DNA from: Candidatus Latescibacterota bacterium
GTDB lineage: Bacteria > Krumholzibacteriota > Krumholzibacteriia > WVZY01
Direction: 5' to 3'
NCBI GenBank assembly: GCA_963791045.1
Contig: CAWBQK010000010.1
Span: 35,824-99,823 of the forward strand
Length of the DNA: 64,000 bases
Of the stretch, positions 12,621-22,198 are shown piece by piece. The notes beneath the pieces are model-generated. The model searched no databases and was not told where the DNA came from. It was given only the letters and a program-made list of their open reading frames with translations. Both the position numbers and the translations under genes were made by a program. Each line of letters starts with the position of its first letter. Positions within the stretch are counted from its first letter, which is position 1.

Positions 12621-14654
12621 CTAGAAGAACACGATCACTTCAAGTTTTAACACCCTGTTGTCCTGAAGGGATTCCTCCTGGCGGTGAATTCCCTCGCCCA
12701 GAACCGCCGCGTCGGCACGTCCCACCCCCACAGGAATCGCCTGACGAAGATGTTCAAGACGGCCGATATCGGAATACTCGTTGATCACCGGATCGAGTAC
12801 CACGGGATCGAACCCAAACCCCACACTTGCTTCCACCCAGTCCCTCCGGTACCCGGCTTCAAGGTAGAGCGAATAAAATGTTTTGTTGAGCGACCACGAG
12901 TCTTTGTCGTAAACGGCAATTCGCGAGTCGAGCTGACCGTAGATATATTTGTAGATCCGATGATCCACCACCGCCCGGAGATCCGCGTATTCGACACCAC
13001 CAAAAAATTCCCGCATCACCAGTGCGCCGCTCGCAAATACGGAGGTCCGCGCCGCGTCGGGAATTCGCGACAACCGCGACAACACGCGCTCGTTCCATAC
13101 AAACGCGCCCCCAAACTGGGTGCTTCGCGGGTTATCGAACACGACCATATTCTCCACGGTCAATTTGTCGCGGTAGTCGAGCCAGAAGTTTCTCGCGGGC
13201 GTGAAGAAGTGGAAATCATCGGGCGTGGCGCCGTAGTCCTGATCGAGATATCCAAGTCTCGCTGTTGCTTTCCATTCGTCCGCGCCATACTCGAGGTCAA
13301 CGCCCGTCGTTTGAATCGTTGCATCCGCGGGCTCGTACAAACCCGCTTTAAATTCGAAACGGCTCCACGAGTAATACGCGCGCGCCGTCCACCGCGATTT
13401 TTCGTATTCGAGCGCTCCATGCCAGCGCTTGCTCGTCTGCATTGGAATCTTCTTGTCCGACGGGTCGGTATTTTGACCGACCGAAATGTCACTACCCGAA
13501 ACGGAAACCGGGTATGTCGACACCGCGTCGGTCCGGACATCGGCCGTCGCCCTTCCCAGCCCAGCAACGGCGGCGAGATGCGACAAAAACCTCCAACGGA
13601 GCCACACTACGTCGGCGCCCCAGAATTCACGCGTTGTGTATGCCGTCGCCACGCCACCCGAATCGCCTTGTTCAACCGAGGCCAGTGTCCCCGGTTGAAA
13701 TCCCTGGTTACCGCGTTTGACATATCCGAGCTTGAAACTCCCCAGGTCGGCAAATACTTCGAACCCCCACGTATCCATCCCGCCAAATGTATTTTCGTAA
13801 CCGTACACCGGCTTATCGCTCTCGCCCGCCAACTCTGTCGAATCGACGGCAACGGGCGGACCGGGACGCGTGCCGATCTTGTCGGTGTAGAGCGCGCTGA
13901 ATTCGACGTTCAACGGGAGCGGCAGCACCGCGGCGACACCGTGGCGTTCGTATCCGGCGTTGTAATCGAACACGCCGACTTTTCCAAAAAGGTTAAACGG
14001 GTCGGACGATGTCCAGGTGGTGTCGTTTTCGAACCCCCTCACAACCTTGTCGTCAAAATGGAGGTCGATGAACCCGCGATCGAAATCGACCTGCGCTTTC
14101 AATGGCGAGAGACTCCACGAATCGTTCAACGTCTTGAAGTCGACGCTCGCGTCAATCCGCTTGCTCGAATGTTTAAATATAAAATCGATCCGCTGGTCGG
14201 AACTGGTAGCACCGTCATCGAGCAAAAACGCCCCCGCATACCGAAGGTGCGGTTGAAGCACCGCGACGACTTCTTTCTCTACCTCCTCGGTCGACCCGAA
14301 CGCAAGCATCCCACCCCGCTCTTCGAGAACCAGCACGGATCCCTTGGCCGCGTCCACCGGCGGGTTGTCGGGATCCACGACCCACTCCCCATCGACCACA
14401 AACTTGTAACGGTAGGTTCCCGCGAGAAGAAACAGATACACCGAGTACTTTCCGTCGACCACTTCCATTTTTTCCAGCGTGGGGTTCCAATTGTTGAAAT
14501 CCCCAACAAGGAAGACGTTCTTCGCTTGGGGCGCATCGAGCGTGAAAATAACTTCATCATCGACAATACGAACCGCCGCTCCGGACGTGCCGGCAATCAT
14601 AACCGCCGCGAGCACGCAGACGATGAGGCATATGCAACCGGGCCGCTTTCTCAA
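12621..14654 (-). CDS. Outer-membrane beta-barrel protein with N-terminal CBM48-like glycogen-binding domain
   Basis: Signal peptide; APQAKNVFLVGDFNNWNP...GTYRYKFVVDGEWVVDPDNP; aromatic-rich amphipathic strands; ends LKLEVIVFF (terminal Phe, BAM-type signal). Confidence 0.8.
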   Translation of the reverse strand: MRKRPGCICLIVCVLAAVMIAGTSGAAVRIVDDEVIFTLDAPQAKNVFLVGDFNNWNPTLEKMEVVDGKYSVYLFLLAGTYRYKFVVDGEWVVDPDNPPVDAAKGSVLVLEERGGMLAFGSTEEVEKEVVAVLQPHLRYAGAFLLDDGATSSDQRIDFIFKHSSKRIDASVDFKTLNDSWSLSPLKAQVDFDRGFIDLHFDDKVVRGFENDTTWTSSDPFNLFGKVGVFDYNAGYERHGVAAVLPLPLNVEFSALYTDKIGTRPGPPVAVDSTELAGESDKPVYGYENTFGGMDTWGFEVFADLGSFKLGYVKRGNQGFQPGTLASVEQGDSGGVATAYTTREFWGADVVWLRWRFLSHLAAVAGLGRATADVRTDAVSTYPVSVSGSDISVGQNTDPSDKKIPMQTSKRWHGALEYEKSRWTARAYYSWSRFEFKAGLYEPADATIQTTGVDLEYGADEWKATARLGYLDQDYGATPDDFHFFTPARNFWLDYRDKLTVENMVVFDNPRSTQFGGAFVWNERVLSRLSRIPDAARTSVFASGALVMREFFGGVEYADLRAVVDHRIYKYIYGQLDSRIAVYDKDSWSLNKTFYSLYLEAGYRRDWVEASVGFGFDPVVLDPVINEYSDIGRLEHLRQAIPVGVGRADAAVLGEGIHRQEESLQDNRVLKLEVIVFF

Positions 14655-16144
14655 AAATCACCCCGGAGTGTAATAACCCACTGCGAAGACCCCGAACGGA
14701 GCACGCCAAGATCCCGGTCCTCGAGAACGAACGGATCATCCCCGAAGTACGAGCGTCCATACCCGACGTACGCAAATATGCGGTTGCTTGGCCGGTACTC
14801 GAGACGGAAGAACGTCGCCTGAGAGACTGTAAAATCCCGACTGAGAAGAAACCGCCAGTGCAGTCCCCAATCCGGCGTAATGACCATCTTGCCGTCCCAC
14901 GCAAACAACCGTTCGGAATAAACCGTGTCGAGATCCTTCCACATGATATGGGCGCCGGTATGAAGTTTCTTAATCCGGTAACGCACGGCGCCGTGAACGT
15001 AGTTCTTTTTGGTTTCGATGGGCTGTTCATCGATCCGCCCCACACCCCCCCTGAGGAAACATTCCATCCCGTTCTTCAGAGCCGTCCATGCGCCCGCTTC
15101 GACAAAATCTCTCTCTTCGTTTTCGAGCACGCTGCGGGCGCTCTTGTGATAGAGAAGGCGTCCGCTGACACTCACATCGGTGGCGAGAAAATATGCCGCC
15201 GCCGTTTGCCCGACCTGCGACCCTCCCGGCATACCCAGGTCGCTCACAAACTCTTCGCCAACGGCCTCATACTTCCAAACGACACCCAGTCGCCCGGCAT
15301 CGGTTACGGGTATCGATCTCAACCTGACTTCGGCAAACGCCGCGCCGCCGCGCGGGAGAACCTGGCTGAAGTTGGTGCCGTCGTACGCGCCCCAATCGAA
15401 CGATCCACCGGGGAGAAAGAACCCCGAATCCTCGTATCCGGATTGTTGATATGACACCGAGACAAACGCGAGTTTCCACGCCGAACTCAGCTCCGTCTTG
15501 ATCAACGCGTGGTTAAGCGGACCATGAACACCGGGGTCATCCATAAGATACGACGCAGAGAACGATGCGAGTCTGTGCGAGTAGAGAGCCTTCAGATAAG
15601 AGGCGCTCCGCGCGTCGCCCGGATCGTCTCCAAAAAGAGAGTACAAACCGGTGATGTCGAAACCGGACCGGGTCTTTATATCGACACGCGCACCGCGGTT
15701 GTCTCCCGATTCTCCCGCCCGGTCATCGTCGATAAGGGGCGTTGTAAAATCGCAAACAAAGAATCGCCGCTCGTTGGCGAAGAGGCGGATTCCGTAGTCC
15801 CACGTCTCGAGCTTCTGGCTCCACAGATAGTCGCCCTGTTCAAATCGAAATCGTTTTTGGGTGTCGTTGTCGCCCACAAATCCCCAGTAACCTGCCCCCT
15901 TGAGATACAGGCTGCCGTAACGGGTTTCGAGCGCCTTGAGATCGAGCATCAAACGAGTCCGGTCGATCGCCGCCTGGGTGGTGGCGTTCCACGGATACGG
16001 GTTCGACTGTTCATCGAGTAACAGCTGATACTCGAACCGGCCGCCGAACTCAACATTTCCTAAACGCGCGGCCTCCTGCGCGCGGACGGCCGGCGGCGCG
16101 AGCGCGACGAGGAGAACCAGTATGGAGATACCCCTCCTTACCAC
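14651..16144 (-). CDS. Hypothetical outer-membrane beta-barrel protein
   Basis: Signal peptide ending AVRA; amphipathic strands; ends WVITLRGDF; overlaps both neighbours. Confidence 0.7.
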   Translation of the reverse strand: MVRRGISILVLLVALAPPAVRAQEAARLGNVEFGGRFEYQLLLDEQSNPYPWNATTQAAIDRTRLMLDLKALETRYGSLYLKGAGYWGFVGDNDTQKRFRFEQGDYLWSQKLETWDYGIRLFANERRFFVCDFTTPLIDDDRAGESGDNRGARVDIKTRSGFDITGLYSLFGDDPGDARSASYLKALYSHRLASFSASYLMDDPGVHGPLNHALIKTELSSAWKLAFVSVSYQQSGYEDSGFFLPGGSFDWGAYDGTNFSQVLPRGGAAFAEVRLRSIPVTDAGRLGVVWKYEAVGEEFVSDLGMPGGSQVGQTAAAYFLATDVSVSGRLLYHKSARSVLENEERDFVEAGAWTALKNGMECFLRGGVGRIDEQPIETKKNYVHGAVRYRIKKLHTGAHIMWKDLDTVYSERLFAWDGKMVITPDWGLHWRFLLSRDFTVSQATFFRLEYRPSNRIFAYVGYGRSYFGDDPFVLEDRDLGVLRSGSSQWVITLRGDF

Positions 16145-17046
16145 TCGCCCACCCCCTCTTCATCCAATTCCGGAAGCGATATCCCCACCGAAAAAAGATA
16201 GCTCAGCCCGAGCATGTCGTGCGATACGACACCGGCGTCGATTACAACGTTGGACACCTTGAGACCGATTCCGCCGGTGACGCTACCTTCGCGAAGACCG
16301 GACCGCAATCGCAGGAGCTTCCCCGCCTTGACTTCGATACCCAAGAGGTCACGCCACTTGCCGTCCTGTCCACGCTCGCGTTCATACACCATCGATACAC
16401 GCCGGTCCCAATGATACGCGACGCCGATCGCGTGGACCATTTCGAGACTCGTCGGGCCGGCCCACGAGCCGCCTTCACGTCCGTTGAGGGCGAAATCAAA
16501 CTCGGGCTCACCGATGTTGCGAACCGTGTACCCGAAACCGATGACGGGAAAGGGCCGCAGGAGAACGGACAACACTCCGGAGACGGCGGTTTTCGAATCG
16601 GCTACACCGGGGTACGCGACATGGGTGACATCGATTGCGCCGCCAACCGAGAGCGAGGCGTCCTGCGACGTCCGTATCAGATCGCGGCCGTAGGCCAGCG
16701 AAAAAAGGTCTTCGGAAGTTACTTCGGAGAGAGAGAATCGATGCCACGACAAACCAAACGCGCCGATTTTTGTCGGTATCACGCCGGCGAGAAAATACTC
16801 GTTCAGGTCGGTCAATCCGTATGGCTGGGAAATTGTCGAGAGAACGCTCGCCGTCGGGATTTGCGTCAACCCCGCAGGGTTGTAGATGACGGCGCTCGCA
16901 TCGTCCGCCACGCTGACAAACGCGCCGCCCATTGAGAACGCGCGGGAGGAAACATAGAGACGCTCGAAGTGGGCATCGGCCGTCACCGGCACGAGCACAG
17001 CCGCAAGGATAATCAGAAGAATGGTTGATCGCCGCCGAATTATCAA
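16138..17046 (-). CDS. PorV/PorQ-family outer-membrane protein
   Basis: TTG start at 17046 with GGAG upstream; signal peptide; SSRAFSMGGAFVSVADDASAVIYNPAGL signature. Confidence 0.8.
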   Translation of the reverse strand: MIIRRRSTILLIILAAVLVPVTADAHFERLYVSSRAFSMGGAFVSVADDASAVIYNPAGLTQIPTASVLSTISQPYGLTDLNEYFLAGVIPTKIGAFGLSWHRFSLSEVTSEDLFSLAYGRDLIRTSQDASLSVGGAIDVTHVAYPGVADSKTAVSGVLSVLLRPFPVIGFGYTVRNIGEPEFDFALNGREGGSWAGPTSLEMVHAIGVAYHWDRRVSMVYERERGQDGKWRDLLGIEVKAGKLLRLRSGLREGSVTGGIGLKVSNVVIDAGVVSHDMLGLSYLFSVGISLPELDEEGVGEW

Positions 17047-17059
17047 CGTGTCACTCCGT

Positions 17060-18211
17060 TTACCGAATGACCGCAAACGATGCCCTGGCCGTATTCTTGA
17101 TCGAACCGCTTCCCGCTCCCCCGGAGACCGCGATGATATAGACACCGCCGCCGACCGTGTCGCCGCGATCATCTTTGAAATCCCACTCGATCCCGAACTC
17201 GCCTTGCGAAAAATCGACAGGTTGATCGTCGATCAAATTGCGGACGGCATACCCCGCCGATGAAAACACCTTTGCCGTCACATAGACCGGCTCCGTGTAA
17301 TCATCCGTATCGAGCACCACCGGAAATGTCGCCGGGACACCGTCCGACGGCGACAGGAGTTTCTTCTCCAGCTGAATTCTTAGCGAGAACACCTGTCTCA
17401 CCGTCGTGTCCTGCGCATCCGCTGATACGGCGTACGTCGCCTCGACCCTCGGCGAGATTCCCATATCGAGGATTCCATCCGAATCCGAATCGAGCGGAAT
17501 TCTTACATGATTGTCGGTGATTGCAACGCGTGTCGAATCGTTCTCGAGGACAATAGAAGGATCGGGTGCGGCGTCACCCGCCCCGGTGCTTTCGCCGCCC
17601 GTAATGACGGCGAGAACGCCGAGGACCGGCTGCCCGGGCGGAACACGAACCCCCTCGGGCGCACGTTCATAATCGCCAAGCTGGTCCCACGGTATCGCCA
17701 CCTCGAGTGCGCCGCCGTTCACCCCATCCTGGACATACATCGACTGGTACTTCCCGTCCTCGATCAGATTGAATGGGCTGACACAATCGACATAACCCAC
17801 AACCGGCTCAGGAGACGTCCGGCTTACGCGCAGCAGGAGATTCGGGGACATTCCGCCAAATTCGATATTCCTCCGAAAATACTCCTGGGTGGCGAGATTC
17901 TCGACGCCGCCACAGGACACGTCGAGAAACAACATCAAAGTGCTCGTCATGGTAACGGCGGGTACAGCCACGTATATATTGTAATTATCCCATGTTACGG
18001 CAATCGCTTCGACCTCGTTATCGCGTCCCCAACGGGAATCTCCTGGGCGTTCGCGAAACGCCGTCGCCGAGTCGAGCACCCACTCGTCATCCTCAAAGTC
18101 GACGGGGCTGCCATCGATGATTATGCGGGAACGGAGGTCGGGGGCGGTCGCTCCATAAACCGCCCCTGTGTGGAGGAGCAAGGCCACAGACAGAAGAATA
18201 GCACGAATCAT
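17060..18211 (-). CDS. Secreted protein with DOMON/CBM9-like sugar-binding-type domain and C-terminal FlgD-Ig-like sorting domain
   Basis: Signal peptide; IIIDG...DSRWG..NEVEAIAVTWDNYNIYVAV...LFLDV...LEVAIPW resembles DOMON-like domains; C-terminus KVFSSAGYAVRNL...WDFKDDRGDTVGGGVYIIAV...ASFAVIR. Confidence 0.65.
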   Translation of the reverse strand: MIRAILLSVALLLHTGAVYGATAPDLRSRIIIDGSPVDFEDDEWVLDSATAFRERPGDSRWGRDNEVEAIAVTWDNYNIYVAVPAVTMTSTLMLFLDVSCGGVENLATQEYFRRNIEFGGMSPNLLLRVSRTSPEPVVGYVDCVSPFNLIEDGKYQSMYVQDGVNGGALEVAIPWDQLGDYERAPEGVRVPPGQPVLGVLAVITGGESTGAGDAAPDPSIVLENDSTRVAITDNHVRIPLDSDSDGILDMGISPRVEATYAVSADAQDTTVRQVFSLRIQLEKKLLSPSDGVPATFPVVLDTDDYTEPVYVTAKVFSSAGYAVRNLIDDQPVDFSQGEFGIEWDFKDDRGDTVGGGVYIIAVSGGAGSGSIKNTARASFAVIR

Positions 18212-18702
18212 TTTGGCGAGTCCCTCTCCTCATCCAGGCGCGTGAGACCTTCGAGCATCAGATGGTCGAGAGGGATATCGATCCGGATTTCCTGAGACAC
18301 CGGTGTCTTGCCGGTAAGAAACGTAAACGAGCCTTCCTGCCAGCGGACGACTTCAAAAATCACATCTTTGATCTGTTCGATCACTGCGCGTCGAAGATCG
18401 ATTTCGTTTATGTGCCCATCTTCGATCAGGACAGCTCCTATCCGCTTTCTCTTTTTGCCGCGCTTCAAAAGCACCGCGTCAAGAAGCTCCTGATTAATGA
18501 TTCCCGCCCTTATGAGATACTCGCCAATCTTCACCGGCCTGTTCTTTATCCCGGCAAAGGTAACGTTTCCATCTTCAAAGAATATGCTCGCCGAATTTTC
18601 GCTCCCCTTGAGCTTCAATTCACCCGTCGCCACGGCAAGGTTGAGCATCTGCATCACCGCAATCGGCTGGAATACCGCGAGATTTCCCTTAAGATCCGGC
18701 AT
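18208..18702 (-). CDS. DUF4388 (PatA N-terminal-like) domain protein
   Basis: LKGNL...VMQMLNLAVATGELKL...IFFEDGNVTFA...IGEYLIRAGII...WQEGSFTF...HLMLEGLTRLDE pattern. Confidence 0.85.
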   Translation of the reverse strand: MPDLKGNLAVFQPIAVMQMLNLAVATGELKLKGSENSASIFFEDGNVTFAGIKNRPVKIGEYLIRAGIINQELLDAVLLKRGKKRKRIGAVLIEDGHINEIDLRRAVIEQIKDVIFEVVRWQEGSFTFLTGKTPVSQEIRIDIPLDHLMLEGLTRLDEERDSPK

Positions 18703-19486
18703 CTTGCGTACCTTTCTTGATGTGTCTCACCCCGATGATCAGTTGGGAGACGATCACCGACCCAAATATAACCCCGAGAAACGGATACAACACCCCGCCA
18801 AACCGGGCACGCCACTCCATATCCGTTTGTGAAAGTACAATGATCAGTATACCAGCGACGGCCTGGAGTACACCAACTATTTTGCCCACCGGCGTCGCCT
18901 TGAATTTCAACGGCCCAGCAACAATCCGCGCAACCACCGCGCCGGCCAAAAGAGTCACGTATCTCGCAAGCAGGACTATCAGCACCCACGCTGGGATGAA
19001 GCCTCTGACAAAGAAAGCAGCAAAAAGCCCGGCGGTCGTAACAATGTCAGCCGCGGGATCCATGACGACGCCAAACTCGGTTTCCCGGTGCGTCCGCCGC
19101 GCGACAATCCCGTCGGCGATGTCCGTCAAACCCGACAACACATACAATGCGAGCGCGCCCATCATTCGATCGTGGATGACGAGCATGACAATCGGCACGG
19201 CGAGGAGAAAACGGGAGAAGGTGAGCTTGTTTGCCCAACCGAGGACGGGTTGTCCACCGCCGGAGCAGTCGCACAGAAGCCCGATGTTGAACAGGACAAA
19301 CGCGAGGAAAACCACACCGCCCACAGTGGAAAAGATCGCGATTGTTGCAAAGAGTCCGGGGCCGGACGACAAACAGGCGACCGCCAGAATGGCGAGGACC
19401 ACGATGTGGCACAACATAAAAAACCGGACGATCTCGTAAACGAGCGTCCGGTTTTTGTCGATTTCAATGATCGAGCCCACTGTCAC
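18689..19486 (-). CDS. CDP-alcohol phosphatidyltransferase family protein
   Basis: ANKLTFSR and DIADGIVARR...FGVVMDPAAD match the DxxDGxxAR...GxxxD motif; multiple TM helices. Confidence 0.9.
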   Translation of the reverse strand: MTVGSIIEIDKNRTLVYEIVRFFMLCHIVVLAILAVACLSSGPGLFATIAIFSTVGGVVFLAFVLFNIGLLCDCSGGGQPVLGWANKLTFSRFLLAVPIVMLVIHDRMMGALALYVLSGLTDIADGIVARRTHRETEFGVVMDPAADIVTTAGLFAAFFVRGFIPAWVLIVLLARYVTLLAGAVVARIVAGPLKFKATPVGKIVGVLQAVAGILIIVLSQTDMEWRARFGGVLYPFLGVIFGSVIVSQLIIGVRHIKKGTQDAGS

Positions 19487-22134
19487 TTCTTCAGCGACGC
19501 CTGTGCCGCCGCCAGCCGGGCCACGGGCACCCTGTACGGCGAGCAGCTCACATACTGCAGTCCGACATCGTCAAAGAACTCGATAGAGGCGGGATCTCCG
19601 CCGTGCTCGCCGCACACACCAAGCTTGATGTCTGGTTTGGTCTTCTGCCCGCGCTCAACGGCAAGGCGGACGAGTCCACCGACACCTTTTACATCGAGAG
19701 AATCGAAAGGATCCCCGGGAAGCACACTCTTCTCCACATAATCCTTGAGAAACTTGCCCGAATCATCACGGCTGAACCCAAACGTCATCTGGGTCAGATC
19801 ATTGGTTCCAAAACTGAAGAAATCGGCTACCTCGGCAATCTCGTCGGCCACGACGGCAGCCCTGGGCACTTCGATCATCGTACCGATGAGATACGGTATA
19901 TCCATGCCTTCCCTTTCGAGAACGGCGTCGCCGACCCGGGCTATCATCTCGCGGAGCAGCGCGAGTTCGGCTTTGGTTCCCACCAGTGGGACCATAATCT
20001 CCGGCTGAACGTCCACGCCCTCGCGTTTTGCCAGGACGGCCGCTTCGAGTATCGCCTCGGCCTGGGTTTCATAGATCTCGGGATAGGTAATTCCGAGACG
20101 GCATCCCCGGTGCCCAAGCATCGGATTGAACTCGTGCAAATTCTCAATCGCCGCCTCGATCTCTTCCACCGAACGCCCGATCACTTTCGCCGTGCTGGCA
20201 ATCTCGGCGGCCTCTTTGGGTAGGAACTCATGGAGCGGCGGATCGAGAAGACGGATCGTCACGGGCTTGCCGTTCATCGCCCTGAACACGCCAAGGAAAT
20301 CATCGCGCTGCATCGGCTGAATCTTCTTGAGCGCGGCAATGCGCTCGTCTTGATTCGACGCCATGATCATTTCCCGTACCACGGGAATCCGGTCTTCGGC
20401 GAAAAACATATGTTCGGTTCTTGCGAGCCCGATTCCCTCGGCGCCGAACTCGACAGCGATTCGGGCGTCTTCGGGCGTATCGGCGTTCGCGCGGACCTTC
20501 ATACGACGGTGTTCGTCCGCCCATCCCATGAACTTATGATAGTAGTCGTCGAGAACAGGATCGACGGTGGGCAAGACACCCTCGAACACACTACCCGTGG
20601 TGCCGTCGACCGTAACTTCGGTACCGGCTTGATAGGTCTTACCATCAACCGTGAATGTTCTCTTATCGTAGTCAACGGAGAGTTTCGAGCAACCGGCGAC
20701 ACAGCACTTGCCCATCCCGCGGGCAACAACCGCCGCGTGCGAGGTCATCCCGCCGCGCGCGGTGACGATCGCCTCCGCCGCCTTCATTCCCTCGACATCT
20801 TCCGGGGACGTTTCGAGCCGCATCAACACAACCTTGTCGCCCGCCGCGACCCGACTCAGCGCCTCTTCGACCGAGAAGACCACGTGCCCGCAAGCGGCCC
20901 CCGGAGACGCGGGAAGCCCCTTCGCAATCGGCTCCGCTTTGATAGAAGGGTCGATCATCGGGTGGAGGAGCGTTTCGACCTGGTTTGCATCGACACGGAG
21001 TATCGCTTCCTTTTGGTTAATGAGCCCCTCATCAACCATGTCAATCGCAATGCGGATGGCCGCGCGCCCCGTCCTCTTGCCGTTTCGGGTTTGGAGCATC
21101 CATAGCTTACCCTTTTGGATCGTAAACTCGATATCCTGCATGTCGCGGTAATGCAACTCGAGATTTTTGTAAATCGATTCGAGTTCGCCATAGATCGACG
21201 GCATCGTTGCCTCGAGACTCTTCGCGGATAATTCGCTCGACCCGTCCTTATTTATTGGCAGCGGTGTCCGGATGCCCGCAACAACGTCTTCACCCTGCGC
21301 GTTCGCCAGATATTCGCCAAAAAACCGCTGCTCGCCCGTCGCCGGGTCACGTGTAAACGCGACACCGGTCGCACAGTCATCACCCATATTTCCAAACACC
21401 ATCGCCTGAACGTTCACGGCGGTGCCCCAGTGGTGGGGAATGGCGTTCATCCCTCTGTATTTGACGGCACGGTTTCCATTCCACGATTTGAACACCGCGG
21501 TGATGGCGCCCCACAGCTGTTCCATCGGCTCTTCCGGAAACGGAATGCCTTTTTCTCGTTTGACTATTTGCTTGTAAGTTTCGATAAGACTCTTGAGGTC
21601 ATCGACGGACAATTCGTTGTCAAGATTGGCCCCAACTTCTTCCTTCTTCGCGTGGATGGCCTTTTCGAAAAGTTCATGCTCGACATCCATCACCACATTT
21701 CCATACATGTGGATGAACCGACGATAGCTGTCGAACGCAAACCTGGGATTTTCCGTGCGATCGATAAGCGCCTGGACCGTTGTATCGTTCAACCCGAGGT
21801 TGAGAACGGTGTCCATCATTCCGGGCATCGACGTTCTCGCGCCCGAACGTACGGACATGAGGAGCGGGTTATCGCCGTCTCCGAATTTCGAACCCATTAC
21901 CTTTTCAACCTTGGAGATATTTTCCTCGACTTCTCCGGTGAGAACGTCCGGATAATTTCCATTGTTATTCATAAAAAGAGTGCACACTTCGGTAGAAATC
22001 GTAAAACCAGGGGGGACCGGTATTTCGAGGTTGGTCATCTCGGCCAGGTTGGCGCCTTTGCCGCCCAGGAGATTTCGCATGGTCGCGTTCCCCTCAGCCT
22101 TGCCTTCGCCGAAGAAATAGACGTGCTTCGACAT
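19483..22134 (-). CDS. ppdK: Pyruvate, phosphate dikinase
   Basis: LLGGKGANLAEM, SVRSGARTSMPGMMDTVLNLG, RGGMTSHAAVVARG (phospho-His), SFGTNDLTQ, GVCGEHGGDP; 883 aa. Confidence 0.99.
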   Translation of the reverse strand: MSKHVYFFGEGKAEGNATMRNLLGGKGANLAEMTNLEIPVPPGFTISTEVCTLFMNNNGNYPDVLTGEVEENISKVEKVMGSKFGDGDNPLLMSVRSGARTSMPGMMDTVLNLGLNDTTVQALIDRTENPRFAFDSYRRFIHMYGNVVMDVEHELFEKAIHAKKEEVGANLDNELSVDDLKSLIETYKQIVKREKGIPFPEEPMEQLWGAITAVFKSWNGNRAVKYRGMNAIPHHWGTAVNVQAMVFGNMGDDCATGVAFTRDPATGEQRFFGEYLANAQGEDVVAGIRTPLPINKDGSSELSAKSLEATMPSIYGELESIYKNLELHYRDMQDIEFTIQKGKLWMLQTRNGKRTGRAAIRIAIDMVDEGLINQKEAILRVDANQVETLLHPMIDPSIKAEPIAKGLPASPGAACGHVVFSVEEALSRVAAGDKVVLMRLETSPEDVEGMKAAEAIVTARGGMTSHAAVVARGMGKCCVAGCSKLSVDYDKRTFTVDGKTYQAGTEVTVDGTTGSVFEGVLPTVDPVLDDYYHKFMGWADEHRRMKVRANADTPEDARIAVEFGAEGIGLARTEHMFFAEDRIPVVREMIMASNQDERIAALKKIQPMQRDDFLGVFRAMNGKPVTIRLLDPPLHEFLPKEAAEIASTAKVIGRSVEEIEAAIENLHEFNPMLGHRGCRLGITYPEIYETQAEAILEAAVLAKREGVDVQPEIMVPLVGTKAELALLREMIARVGDAVLEREGMDIPYLIGTMIEVPRAAVVADEIAEVADFFSFGTNDLTQMTFGFSRDDSGKFLKDYVEKSVLPGDPFDSLDVKGVGGLVRLAVERGQKTKPDIKLGVCGEHGGDPASIEFFDDVGLQYVSCSPYRVPVARLAAAQASLKK

Positions 22135-22198
22135 CTGTCACTCGCTTTCGGTTGGAATGATTTTTCTGGGATAATAAATCCGGACCTGATGGCCAGCG

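Noticed and set aside
12684-14822. Long plus-strand ORFs (712 aa here; also 9118..10359, 30795..32249, 50290..51660, 62257..63570)
   Set aside because: They are antisense shadows of well-supported minus-strand genes in GC-rich DNA, with Arg/His-rich composition and no motifs.
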